From positions 1 through 63,656 of IMG/VR virus record IMGVR_UViG_3300017771_003653: 63,656 bases of DNA; one strand, given 5' to 3'. The stretch comes from a virus. Its lineage: Duplodnaviria; Caudoviricetes. Shown here one piece after another: positions 35,708-45,673 of the stretch (position 1 is its first letter; each line of letters opens with the position of its first letter). The position numbers and the translations under genes are program-made. Below the pieces are notes generated by a model. The model made no database searches and had not been told where the DNA came from. It saw nothing but the letters and a program-made list of their open reading frames with translations.

Positions 35708-38434
35708 TTAGAAATTAACCGAAATTCCTACATTAGCATATCTTGGTGTTCCAAGAAATACTTCTGCGTTATGAGCAGCATGAACTTTGTCACCATACCC
35801 ATTATATTGACTATTGTCAACAGCATCTTGTACGTATACTCCGTCAAGTGCATTAAATACATGAGCTGATATTGTCATATCAACTGCATCTATTGGAAGC
35901 TTATACGATAAGTGTAAGTCTAACTTACCATAACCAGGTGCTTTCCAAACCTGATCTCTATCTGCATCACCATCTACTTCACGTGAATCAGGACTCCAGT
36001 CGGAGTAATTATCATCATACATTCTGTAAAGAGCTTGCATGTTTAGGCCTTTAATTGGCTTGAATGTTAATCCACCAACATAAGCTGTTTGCGGCATGTC
36101 ACCAACCATAAGGTCATTAAGTGCATAAGAATACTCAGATGTTGTCATACCAATTACTTCACCGTTCTCATTGAACTCTTGTTCTTGATATGTACCATCA
36201 GCGTCGCCTACGAACTTCCAATTACCTTTACTTAAAGCTAAATCAATATCTAGCATTTCGTGAACAGCAATTTTACTTTCCACTTCCCAACCAGTATGAT
36301 TTTGTTCAACTCCTCGTAAAAAGATAACATCAGTATCACCAGAATCGCCTTGACCTGTTGAAACAGCTTTAGTGATATTTCTATCAATCCAGCGTGTGTT
36401 GTACTGACTTAATTTAACAGCTACTTTATCACTGTTATACTTTCCACCAAATTCGAAGCTTTTAAACTTCTCATTATCAGGGTCAGTAGCTACTGTTCCA
36501 TCATAGTATATGACGTTGTCCATAATTGGCGGCTTTTGAACGTATCCGTAATTAACAAATCCAGACATACGATCATCTAAATTGTAAGTAGCACCACCTT
36601 TTAACTGAAATGTAGTTATAGCATCAGCACTTATCTTTTCATTAGCCACAGTAAAGTGATCCTGATAGGAATAAGCTATAGTGGATAAACCACCCATACC
36701 GTATAAACTCATTTTGTCAGTTGTGTACTTACCTTGTGCAAAACTACCAAACCAGTCTACTGTTGTAGTGTTAAAGTATGCGATTTCATCACCTAAACGA
36801 ACAATTTTACCGTCTTCGGCATTGTCGTCTGCAAAATCTACATAATAATCACCACCAAGTAGGTCACGTACTTCACGCGCGTGTTCTATTTCAGCAGTTC
36901 GCCAATCAATACCTACTTGAATCTCTAACTCATCTGATACATCATAATTAAGTTTAGAAATTAATCCATAAGTGTTTTGACGATTAATTGAATTACGAAG
37001 GATTCCTGTTGAGCGATTTTCTGTATCTGAAAAAGCAGAATCTACATTTGCAGAGTTCTGTGCTATCTCAGCATTCCAATCCCATTGCCAGGGTGAAGAT
37101 GCATACCATCTTTCTCCTTCTACCGCGGGTGTTCTACTTACGCTACCATAAGTTCCAGTTCCTCCACCAGAGCCACCACTCCAATATAGTACTGAACTTA
37201 ATCTTGCATTGTCATTTAAAGTTAAAAAGTGGTTTAAGTTGACAAGAGGCTTGTGGAAATAATTTTCCCTTTCATTAAGCATGCCAGCATTCATTCTATC
37301 TGTAGTGTTTGCACCATACATATAAAAATACTGTTTTCCTTTATAGGATTCATCCACAGGTGCCCAGTTCTGGTTAAACAATCTACCAGCTTCAGTTTCA
37401 AACTTCTCACCTGCAACATAAGCAGAGTCATTATAACCATCAATGTCTCCTGCTAGATCTTGCGAGTAAGTCGCTATATTCTGCTTGTATAGATTTTGAC
37501 CATGACGCTGTGGTGCACCAATAGCGTATAGTTCGAATCGTTGATCGTCACTGACTGCATAGCTTCCACCTAAGTAGTATGCCCATGCATCTGTCCAAGT
37601 TCCGTCAATGATTCCATCACCTGTCTTTTTAACGATTGTTCCGCTTAATGCTAACTTATCGCCAATAAGACCTGTGTTGTAATTCATAGTAGTTTTTACA
37701 AAACCACCAGCTCCAGCTTCCTGCTTAACTAACCCACCTTTTTCGTGAGCAGCAGGATCTGTTATTATGTTCATAGTTCCACCTATAGAAGGTGTTGCTA
37801 GATTGACTGCTGATAAACCTCGTTGCATCTGGATAGAGTTTGCAGCATCTGCTACACCGTCCCAATTGGACCAATAAACCCAACCGTTCTCCATATCGTT
37901 TTGAGGTACACCATTAATCATAACAGCAACATTTCTTTGGTTAAAACCACGAACATTGATACGAGCATCACCCGCACCACCACCTTGTTGAGTCGCATAA
38001 ACTGACGGTGTCATATTAAGCGCCATTGGAATGTCTTGTGATCCAAGACGGATTTCCATTTCAGCTTTATCAACCGTAGTATAGGCAACAGGTGTGTTTT
38101 CGTCTGCACGAGAAGCCAAAACTTCTAATGCTGTCATTGCAACAACGTCAGATTCCATAATAAAATTGACGCTTGACACAATATCTCCAACACTAACTGT
38201 TTGAGTGTTTGAGATATAACCAATGAAGGAAGCAGTGATGTCATAGTCCCCAGAAACGACGTCTATTTTGAATTTACCTTCTGAATCGGTAACTCCTCCA
38301 AGATCTGTTTCTTCAACTACTACATTAGCTCCAACAAGTGGTTCTGAGTCTGAATCCAGTACTACACCTACAATAGATTGCGCGAACAATCCTGATAAGA
38401 ATAGTAAGGACACAGCAAGATTACGATAGTTCAT
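35708..38434 (-). CDS. TonB-dependent outer-membrane receptor
   Basis: Signal peptide, CarboxypepD_reg-like domain (EPLVGANV..TDSEGKF), plug (INVRGF..VMINGVP..IQMQRG..GGTMNIIT), beta-barrel ending in Phe. Confidence 0.9.
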   Translation of the reverse strand: MNYRNLAVSLLFLSGLFAQSIVGVVLDSDSEPLVGANVVVEETDLGGVTDSEGKFKIDVVSGDYDITASFIGYISNTQTVSVGDIVSSVNFIMESDVVAMTALEVLASRADENTPVAYTTVDKAEMEIRLGSQDIPMALNMTPSVYATQQGGGAGDARINVRGFNQRNVAVMINGVPQNDMENGWVYWSNWDGVADAANSIQMQRGLSAVNLATPSIGGTMNIITDPAAHEKGGLVKQEAGAGGFVKTTMNYNTGLIGDKLALSGTIVKKTGDGIIDGTWTDAWAYYLGGSYAVSDDQRFELYAIGAPQRHGQNLYKQNIATYSQDLAGDIDGYNDSAYVAGEKFETEAGRLFNQNWAPVDESYKGKQYFYMYGANTTDRMNAGMLNERENYFHKPLVNLNHFLTLNDNARLSSVLYWSGGSGGGTGTYGSVSRTPAVEGERWYASSPWQWDWNAEIAQNSANVDSAFSDTENRSTGILRNSINRQNTYGLISKLNYDVSDELEIQVGIDWRTAEIEHAREVRDLLGGDYYVDFADDNAEDGKIVRLGDEIAYFNTTTVDWFGSFAQGKYTTDKMSLYGMGGLSTIAYSYQDHFTVANEKISADAITTFQLKGGATYNLDDRMSGFVNYGYVQKPPIMDNVIYYDGTVATDPDNEKFKSFEFGGKYNSDKVAVKLSQYNTRWIDRNITKAVSTGQGDSGDTDVIFLRGVEQNHTGWEVESKIAVHEMLDIDLALSKGNWKFVGDADGTYQEQEFNENGEVIGMTTSEYSYALNDLMVGDMPQTAYVGGLTFKPIKGLNMQALYRMYDDNYSDWSPDSREVDGDADRDQVWKAPGYGKLDLHLSYKLPIDAVDMTISAHVFNALDGVYVQDAVDNSQYNGYGDKVHAAHNAEVFLGTPRYANVGISVNF

Positions 38435-38464
38435 AATCTGTCTCCTTGTTTTTGATTAGTAAGT

Positions 38465-38500
38465 GGCACATTTTTCTACAGGTGTGCCGTCTGCCTGTCC
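38465..38500 (-). promoter_or_regulatory. H-type RNA pseudoknot upstream of TonB receptor
   Basis: ACAGG-CAGAC-GGCACA-CCUGU-AGAAAAA-UGUGCC, two perfect interleaved stems. Confidence 0.5.
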
Positions 38501-38515
38501 GCTTTTTGTGTAAAT

Positions 38516-40489
38516 TTAAACGATGCATACATCGCCATCACAAAACTTTTCAGCTTCTGAATCTTCGCCTTTCATCTTTGCAAAAGATAAGTTCTTTAAT
38601 TTCTTACTCATTTTATTGTAAGTCTTCTCATCAATTGCTTCATAAGGCATTTGTTTATATGCACCCATGTCTAATCGAGGTAAACAACTTATTCCCTTTA
38701 ACTGATATTGAAAGTAATTCAAACACTGTTCTAATTGATCTGCTTCTGTCTCTGGATCAAATGTAACTGTACAACTAACTTGATTATCTGCCCAATGTCT
38801 TTGCAGTAGTGCTGCTAAACTAAATTGTTCCCATACAGTCAATTCCTTTGCAGTTCTTATTCCATCACCGACATCTATTGGAACTTCTATGCAAACAGTA
38901 GAGTCTTCAGAACCAAATGCAGGTTCTATTGTATATCCTGCGTCTTGTAATGGCTTAAGTAGCTCTGACTGGTTTGATAATCTCATTCTTCTAATATAGT
39001 GTCTTGATTCAGGATAGTGTACACCTGGCGTTGATCCTGCAAGTAGTGATACTGTTCCACTTGGCTTTACAGATGTTGTTTTTATTGACTTAGGAATAGC
39101 TAAGAAATCTGAATAGACGTTATCTAAACGTTGAATTTCATCATATCCTGATTCTAGCCAATCTCTTAATTCACCAACACCTCTGTAAGTTAAGAACTGT
39201 GCAACTCCACTAACAGAACATCCTATTCTTCTATTACGAAGCATAACTCTGTTTGTTTCTGGCCAATGTGTTTTTCCTAATGTAACTGTCTTTGCATATA
39301 AGTACGCATACTTTAATGTCTTTTTATAATCTTCTAATGATTCATGTTTATACGGAAATGTTTCTACTAAGCAGCATAATTCATAAGATTCCAGTGTTTG
39401 CTCTAAACAAGGATTTCCACCCATTGCTCTATGGTCTTTGTTATCTTTACCATTTTTCATTCTAGAGTATTCACGCATATTATCTAGCCATGCAAATCCT
39501 GGTTCACCATTCTTAACAACTCTTTTACAAGCATCAGAATAATCCATTCCTAGCTCTGCAAATATTGAATTATTAGATGTCCATCCGTATTGATCTCTGT
39601 GAGGGTTTACTTCATAATCTTTTAAGTCCATGTATTCATCAGAATAAGGGTCACCGAATACGATTTCAGCTGTGCGACGTACGTTTCCTGCTACTACACA
39701 CTTCCCGATGAGATTCATTATGTCTACAATTGTCGTAATTGTAATTGGTGAACCTGCATTTCCATCTAGAGTTTTTCTTATAGTTTCATGAACTTCTCTT
39801 AAAGGGTCAGGGCCACTTGATTGTCCCCCAAAACCTTTGATTGGTACACCAGCTGGTCTAATTTTAGAATAATCAAATGTGATTGCAGATGTTCCGTGAA
39901 AATAAGAATCAATTAATGCTGCAACTGATTCTACCCAGCCTTCTCTTGTGTCTGGTATTGTAATTACTTCAGGATCTCTTTTTTCTGTAGGACCTTTTAC
40001 CATTATTTGGTCAGCACCTTTTGTGTCAAAGCCAACACCCACACCTAACATGCTTGCATCCATTAAAAATGTGAAAGGTTTTGAGCCGTCATCTTTTATA
40101 GTTTCTGTTGATACAAATGCACAATTATTAAGAGCAGCATATAGATTTCTTTCTTCTGTTATTGCTGTTCCCATTGCCCATAACCCTCTGCCTGGTGGTA
40201 GAAACTTCATGTTAAATATTCTATCAAACATTTCTTGTGCAGATTTTTGTGCTTGCCACGGGTTCCAACCTAACTGATGTGATTCAATATGGTCTTTTTG
40301 CATAGAGTATGTTCCTTCTACAACCCTTTGTACTGTTTCCCACCATTTTTCGTTTTTACCATTTTCTTTTAGCCTAGAATATGTCCTCATAAAGACTAAT
40401 TCTCCTAAACCATTAAACCCAAATGGTGCTTTTTTTCTTTTATATTTGTCTATGAATGCTTGTGAAAGCTTAAATTTATTTGAATCCAT
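38516..40489 (-). CDS. nrdJ: Class II adenosylcobalamin-dependent ribonucleoside-triphosphate reductase (monomeric RTPR type)
   Basis: PPGRGLW, ALNNCAFVS, GNVRRTAEI, NPCLEQTL..ELCCLVE, KPSGTVS, C-terminal CDGDVC. Confidence 0.92.
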   Translation of the reverse strand: MDSNKFKLSQAFIDKYKRKKAPFGFNGLGELVFMRTYSRLKENGKNEKWWETVQRVVEGTYSMQKDHIESHQLGWNPWQAQKSAQEMFDRIFNMKFLPPGRGLWAMGTAITEERNLYAALNNCAFVSTETIKDDGSKPFTFLMDASMLGVGVGFDTKGADQIMVKGPTEKRDPEVITIPDTREGWVESVAALIDSYFHGTSAITFDYSKIRPAGVPIKGFGGQSSGPDPLREVHETIRKTLDGNAGSPITITTIVDIMNLIGKCVVAGNVRRTAEIVFGDPYSDEYMDLKDYEVNPHRDQYGWTSNNSIFAELGMDYSDACKRVVKNGEPGFAWLDNMREYSRMKNGKDNKDHRAMGGNPCLEQTLESYELCCLVETFPYKHESLEDYKKTLKYAYLYAKTVTLGKTHWPETNRVMLRNRRIGCSVSGVAQFLTYRGVGELRDWLESGYDEIQRLDNVYSDFLAIPKSIKTTSVKPSGTVSLLAGSTPGVHYPESRHYIRRMRLSNQSELLKPLQDAGYTIEPAFGSEDSTVCIEVPIDVGDGIRTAKELTVWEQFSLAALLQRHWADNQVSCTVTFDPETEADQLEQCLNYFQYQLKGISCLPRLDMGAYKQMPYEAIDEKTYNKMSKKLKNLSFAKMKGEDSEAEKFCDGDVCIV

Positions 40490-40548
40490 TGCAACTTACT
40501 CCTTTAGTAACATGTTTATATTTTGCTATTCTAAATAAGAAGATATAA

Positions 40549-41967
40549 CTAATTTGTCTCAAAATTTTTCCACTTTGTGTCATCTTTTTTCTCTTCATTA
40601 TTTCCTTTGAGGTCTTCGTATTTTTTAGCTAAAAGCTTTCTTGTATACTCATTACCATTGTCTTGTTTTTTCTGTTCAGCTTGTCCATTAGATGAAGATG
40701 AATCATATATGTCCATCTTGCCAATCGATGTATTCATAGTCAAAGGATAGGTCATTCCGTCAGGTCCAAACCTATTTTTTATTACGTGTACACGTCCTGT
40801 ATTTGCAATTTTATCTTCTATCTTTCTAGAAAGTGACATAACAAAATCAGCTGTCATTATTTTAGAATACGATTCTGCTATCTTTTCTGCTCCGATTACT
40901 TCATCTTCCAGTGATGATCTATTTGACTGTGATGCTGTCCACACTGGTATTTGAAATTCTCCACTGAGCCCTCTTAAATCTTCGTAAATGTTTCCCAATT
41001 GATGTCTTACAGCTGCATCTCTTGCAGCACTAGTGTCCCTTAATAAATCAGCATAATCAACTAATATTAAGTCAGGACTATTTCCCATAAGCTCTATTGT
41101 CTTTAAATGTGTGTGTATTGTCTGAACAGTTGCACCTCTAGTAGGGAAATATTTAATAATTAAATCACCCTTACACATCTTCTTTATTTTTTCTTTTACT
41201 TCTTCTTTGTTGTCTTTAATATTTGCTACAGGAATTTCAGAAAATATAGTTGCAAATCTTAATCCTACGTATGCTTCATTTAGCTCCAACGTGTAGTGAA
41301 TTACGTTCTTGCCTGCTTTAAGTGCATTAACACCAAGCGCTTGTAAGAACCAACTCTTACCTATTCCTGAAGGTGCAACAACTACACCTAATTCTCCACC
41401 TGCAAGACCTCCGTCCATTATTCCATCTATTGGTTCCCATCCTGTTGGTGTTGTATCTCTGTTAATATCTTCTAATATAGAGTCAAATTCTTTTACATAT
41501 TCTAAACCTATGTCTCTATGAGTTCCTGCTCTCATTGCATTGTCAACAAGTCTTTTTATCTCATCATACTGACCTTCTTGTAGCAAATCAACTGACTTTA
41601 CAATTGCTGCTTTGAGTGTTTGATTTTTGCAAAAAGTTATTGTTTCATTTTTGACAAAGTCTAAGTCAGGTGCTTCTAAGTTTTTTGTTACTTCACGAAG
41701 CTCATCAACTATTGAATCTCTGAGTAGTTCAGCATTGACTTCATTTAGTTTAATTTTTAGTGTCTGTAGTGAAGGTGTTAATTTATATTCGTAATAATAA
41801 TCTTTGATAGTTTTTATCAACCATTGTTTTGCTTCTGTATCTAATAATTCTGGCTGAAGCATATCATAAATTGTTACTGCGAATTGTTGATCTTCTAGCA
41901 GACTAGTAATTATTTTAGTCTGAAATACTGATCCGTACTTTGTTAGTGCGTCATTTATTGGTGGCAT
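40549..41967 (-). CDS. Replicative DnaB/gp41-like helicase
   Basis: APSGIGKS Walker A, TLEL, LVDYADL, WTASQSNR, KNRFG. Confidence 0.9.
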   Translation of the reverse strand: MPPINDALTKYGSVFQTKIITSLLEDQQFAVTIYDMLQPELLDTEAKQWLIKTIKDYYYEYKLTPSLQTLKIKLNEVNAELLRDSIVDELREVTKNLEAPDLDFVKNETITFCKNQTLKAAIVKSVDLLQEGQYDEIKRLVDNAMRAGTHRDIGLEYVKEFDSILEDINRDTTPTGWEPIDGIMDGGLAGGELGVVVAPSGIGKSWFLQALGVNALKAGKNVIHYTLELNEAYVGLRFATIFSEIPVANIKDNKEEVKEKIKKMCKGDLIIKYFPTRGATVQTIHTHLKTIELMGNSPDLILVDYADLLRDTSAARDAAVRHQLGNIYEDLRGLSGEFQIPVWTASQSNRSSLEDEVIGAEKIAESYSKIMTADFVMSLSRKIEDKIANTGRVHVIKNRFGPDGMTYPLTMNTSIGKMDIYDSSSSNGQAEQKKQDNGNEYTRKLLAKKYEDLKGNNEEKKDDTKWKNFETN

Positions 41968-42976
41968 TTTGTAATATTAATTCTAATTTGTTAAAACTGT
42001 CTTGCAGCCAGACGTCAGGATTTCTGATTGCATGATCAATTGTATCTTCTAAAAACATTTTATGAATTTTATATTTTACTAGTCTTCCAGAACCATTGTT
42101 TACTTGATCAATTATTTGTAACTTTGCATTTCCAGCAATATCTACATCCTTAAGTTGCATTAAGTCGTAGTTTCTTTCAAGTAAATCTTTGTGTTCATCT
42201 AATTTTCTAACATTTAAAAACTCATCTATATTAACTATTTCTGTATCTGTCAAAAGAGGAAATTTTTTCCTAATTGTTTTTAGACCTAGTCCTCTTACTC
42301 CCGGGATATTATCTGACTTATCCCCATCTATAATCCTGTAGAAAACAAAGTTCTCTGCTAATATTTCAAATTCATCTTCAAGACGTTTTCTATCATATAA
42401 AACCTTTTTAGTAGGCGACCAGACTGCTACTCTATCATTAACCATTTGGTAGAAGTCTTTATCTGTCGACATTACTGTTATTTTAGATGTCTTTAAAACT
42501 TGATTTGCAATATAGGCAATTGTGTCGTCTGCTTCTATATTTTCAACTGTAATAAACGTAACGGGCAAAACGTCAAGATATTCAATTAAGCGTGAAAACT
42601 GCATTCTCATATTTTCAGCTTCATTTACATCATTAACACCCTCGATTCTATTTGGCCTTTTAAGTGGTTTTCTACCTGCCTTATAATCAGGATAGATTTT
42701 CTTTCTACGAGCAGAGCCACCTTTACCATCAAACGCAATAATAACCCTGGTAGGTGATAACGTCCGGATTGCAAGAGCTATTGTCTGTAAGAATCCTACG
42801 ATACCACCTATATGTTGTCCATTTGCATTAGTTGCGGGTGAGACAGCCCACGTCCTGATAAAATTGTTTAGTCCGTCAATTACCAGGACGTGATCATTTA
42901 CGTCTCGCTCTTTGTTGGCTTCATTGCCTATCTGCTTCAGTATTTCACTATATCGCTTGCTAAGCAAGGTCGCCAT
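41951..42976 (-). CDS. 5'-3' exonuclease / T4 RNase H-like flap endonuclease
   Basis: IDGLN, FDGKGG, YKAGR, EADD, STDKDF, GDKSDNIPGVRGLG. Confidence 0.9.
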   Translation of the reverse strand: MATLLSKRYSEILKQIGNEANKERDVNDHVLVIDGLNNFIRTWAVSPATNANGQHIGGIVGFLQTIALAIRTLSPTRVIIAFDGKGGSARRKKIYPDYKAGRKPLKRPNRIEGVNDVNEAENMRMQFSRLIEYLDVLPVTFITVENIEADDTIAYIANQVLKTSKITVMSTDKDFYQMVNDRVAVWSPTKKVLYDRKRLEDEFEILAENFVFYRIIDGDKSDNIPGVRGLGLKTIRKKFPLLTDTEIVNIDEFLNVRKLDEHKDLLERNYDLMQLKDVDIAGNAKLQIIDQVNNGSGRLVKYKIHKMFLEDTIDHAIRNPDVWLQDSFNKLELILQNATNK

Positions 42977-44066
42977 CCACTACTTCATCTGTAAATTCAA
43001 CATCATCGATACCTCGCTTGTCTTCATATTGCAGTATGCTTTCATCACATATCTTTTCGTAAAGATAATCTTTGAGTCCTTCATTTTCTGCAAGCTTATC
43101 AGCAAAGTCTTTTGATAAGAATTTAATTGGCTTTCCTTTGTAGTCTATAGTATACCAAGCGCCTGCTGTTTGTGCAATTTTAAGATTTTTTAATTGCGCA
43201 AGCCAACCACCTTCATCGTCAATTCCTCTATCAAAATACATTTCATAGTCTGAAATTCTTAATGGAGGTCCAATACGGTTTTTAACGATTTTAGCACGGC
43301 ACTTATGTCCAATTACGTTGCCTTCCTTATCTTTAATCATACCCATATTTGATAATCTAATACGTGTTGATGCATGAAAAGGTAGAGCCAATCCGCCACT
43401 TGTTGTATAAGGATCACCAAACATGACTCCCATCTTTTGACGTAACTGGTTAGTAAATACTAGTGTTATTTTATGACGACCAATCATCTGCGTAATTTTA
43501 CGCATAGCCTTAGAAATAATGATAGCTTTTGACGTAGCCCATCCGTCTTTGTCATAATCAGACGACATTTCAACCTTAGTAGAAGCAGCTGCAAGACTAT
43601 CAACAAGTATTGTTACATGTTTGTCTTTGTTAGTTTCTCTTACTTTAGTTACGATGTCTTCAATGCCTTGAAATATATCTTCAACAGTTTCCATATGAAG
43701 ATACAGGATATTTTGAGTATCAGCTCCAATTGCGTCCAAAAACTCTTTACTAACTGAAGTTTCTGTATCAATGTAGATTCCAATACCACCTTTTTTCTGT
43801 GTTTCAGCAAGTATATGTGCACCAAGCAGTGATTTTCCGGAAGCCTGAAGTCCATTGATTTCAGTTATTCTTCCCACTGCTATTCCGCCATTCGGCCTAT
43901 TTGATATTGCTAAGTCCAGTAAAGATGACCCTGTAGATATAAAGTCATTAATGTCTGTCGGTGTGTCGTCTGATCCATCTAAGAAAAAAGCAACTTTTTG
44001 CCCTTTAATTTTAGAGTTTAGACTATCTGCTAGCTCGCTAGCAAGGACATCTCGTCTCTCGCTCAT
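42960..44066 (-). CDS. recA: RecA/UvsX-like recombinase
   Basis: ISTGS..LD, GRITEINGLQASGKS, IDTE, VDSLAA, FTNQLR, TSGG.ALPFHAS. Confidence 0.9.
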   Translation of the reverse strand: MSERRDVLASELADSLNSKIKGQKVAFFLDGSDDTPTDINDFISTGSSLLDLAISNRPNGGIAVGRITEINGLQASGKSLLGAHILAETQKKGGIGIYIDTETSVSKEFLDAIGADTQNILYLHMETVEDIFQGIEDIVTKVRETNKDKHVTILVDSLAAASTKVEMSSDYDKDGWATSKAIIISKAMRKITQMIGRHKITLVFTNQLRQKMGVMFGDPYTTSGGLALPFHASTRIRLSNMGMIKDKEGNVIGHKCRAKIVKNRIGPPLRISDYEMYFDRGIDDEGGWLAQLKNLKIAQTAGAWYTIDYKGKPIKFLSKDFADKLAENEGLKDYLYEKICDESILQYEDKRGIDDVEFTDEVVDGDLA

Positions 44067-44081
44067 TGCGTTCTCCTAAGT

Positions 44082-44834
44082 TTATGAATTAAATAGATCG
44101 TCGAATGCTGAAGATACGTCTTCCGTAGCTGTAGCTGCTTTAGCTCCAACTGCTGGATCAGTAACCTGACTGTCTTCAACATCACCTTCTTGGCTTAACC
44201 AGCCTTCTAGTGCTTTTTGAAGATCATCATACTCTAATTCAGAATAGATGTCAGTAATTGGTTTCTGTGTATCTTTAACAGTCTTCATAACGTCGGCATT
44301 CTCTGTGAGAGGCGTCTGATTAGGTTTAACTCTAATAGACGTCATTGGGAAAGCACGTCCTGTTTCTTCGCTGGTCTTAAACTCAACAACAATATCACGT
44401 CCGTTTACTGGATCGGTAATATCGCCATAGTCTGGATCTGCGATAACAGAAAGTAGTTCCTGATATACCATTTTTCCAAAGCCCCAGAATTTTACGCCTT
44501 CGTTCTCTTCACCTCTTACGATGACAGGAGCGTAGGTACGCATCTTAGCTTCGATTTTCTTACCAAGCTTGTAGTCTTCTTTATTACCAGAAGTTTTTAG
44601 CTTAGTTGCAAACTCCTCAATTGGGTCAGGACGTCCAAATGAAATTGGAGATAAGTAATTTTTATCGCCCATGTCATAATGGAAATATAACTCAATGAAA
44701 GGATTATCCTTATTAAATTTATAAGGTACAACTCTAATCTGTGTCTTACCTGGTGAAGGTTTCCATAGATTTGAGGTTCTGTTGTTGGTTGATTGTAGTT
44801 GTGATAACCTGGATTTTATTACGGATAAGTCCAT
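44082..44834 (-). CDS. Single-stranded DNA-binding protein (T4 gp32-like)
   Basis: LWKP..GKTQIRVVP, DPIEE, FWGFGK.VY, DPVNGRD, acidic tail FDDLFN. Confidence 0.8.
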   Translation of the reverse strand: MDLSVIKSRLSQLQSTNNRTSNLWKPSPGKTQIRVVPYKFNKDNPFIELYFHYDMGDKNYLSPISFGRPDPIEEFATKLKTSGNKEDYKLGKKIEAKMRTYAPVIVRGEENEGVKFWGFGKMVYQELLSVIADPDYGDITDPVNGRDIVVEFKTSEETGRAFPMTSIRVKPNQTPLTENADVMKTVKDTQKPITDIYSELEYDDLQKALEGWLSQEGDVEDSQVTDPAVGAKAATATEDVSSAFDDLFNS

Positions 44835-44879
44835 GTGTCATTACTCCTTAGTTAAGTGTTCATTATTCAATTAATACGC

Positions 44880-44914
44880 TTATATATATTGCGAAACATT
44901 TTTAAAATTAAATT
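44880..44914 (-). promoter_or_regulatory. Putative middle promoter (class B) for SSB operon
   Basis: AATTTAATTTT-N14-ATATATATAA. Confidence 0.55.
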
Positions 44915-44931
44915 TTTTATAACATTTTTAA

Positions 44932-45004
44932 TAAAATAAAGGCCACAGCTGTTTTTAAGCTTTTAATATAGTGGAAACTAAAAATCGTTCGGGCCTTTAT
45001 TTTA
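44932..45004 (-). ncRNA. Candidate structured RNA / long inverted repeat upstream of SSB
   Basis: 13-bp perfect IR TAAAATAAAGGCC/GGCCTTTATTTTA enclosing an inner stem. Confidence 0.4.
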
Positions 45005-45073
45005 ATAGCATTTTTAATAAGCAATAATATATATACTGTTAAAGACCCAAAAATCAGTTTTTATATATATTTT

Positions 45074-45643
45074 TTAAATTATGTATCCGGTCATTTGTCC
45101 TTCATCAGCTTCTTTTGCATTTGCTGCTGGATTTCCCCAGCCTCCCATTCCGCCGCCTGATACTTTTATCTTGCCGTCTTTTAAAGATACTTGTATGTCT
45201 TTTCTAGCAGCATGATCAACAACTCCTATCCAGTCAGGTTCGTTTTGATAAATACTTATACCCTGAAGTTTAATAACATCATCGAAAGGGTCACCATACA
45301 TCCATCCTTTTCCTTTAGAGACATGTTTTTTCATCATGTCTTCTAGCTGCTTCATCTTGCCGTCGTCACCAGAAACGCCGCCTAATTGTTTAATTGCTTT
45401 TGAAAACTCATTTGCTGTTTTCTTCACTCTTGAATCGATACCTTTTCTGCTCCATACTTTTTCCATTCTATTTTTCTTTATCCAAGCAGGATCTACATCA
45501 TCAGCACCGGTTGAAAACGGATATTTTTTTGCAAGTGCTTCTTGCTCTGGAGATGCTTCTTCTTTCAAGACTTGTTTCTTAAAATAGCTCTCCTGAATCT
45601 TTTTAAAAGATCCTTTTTTTGGTGGCCAGTTAAATTTTTTCAT
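45074..45643 (-). CDS. Hypothetical protein (possible internal head protein)
   Basis: 189 aa, preceded by ATATTTAT motif and GGAG RBS. Confidence 0.55.
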   Translation of the reverse strand: MKKFNWPPKKGSFKKIQESYFKKQVLKEEASPEQEALAKKYPFSTGADDVDPAWIKKNRMEKVWSRKGIDSRVKKTANEFSKAIKQLGGVSGDDGKMKQLEDMMKKHVSKGKGWMYGDPFDDVIKLQGISIYQNEPDWIGVVDHAARKDIQVSLKDGKIKVSGGGMGGWGNPAANAKEADEGQMTGYII

Positions 45644-45673
45644 TAGTTCACTCCAGTTAATTTTATATAAATA

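Noticed and set aside
38463-38480. TGGCAC as a sigma-54 promoter on the plus strand
   Set aside because: Wrong orientation for the gene, no -12 TTGC, and explained as a pseudoknot stem
38435-38515. Cobalamin riboswitch upstream of the TonB receptor
   Set aside because: The gap is only 81 nt and lacks a recognisable B12 box or four-way junction
28059-44066. Inteins or group I introns in dnaE, nrdJ, helicase or recA
   Set aside because: ORFs are continuous and of normal size, with no C...HN splice junctions or homing endonuclease motifs
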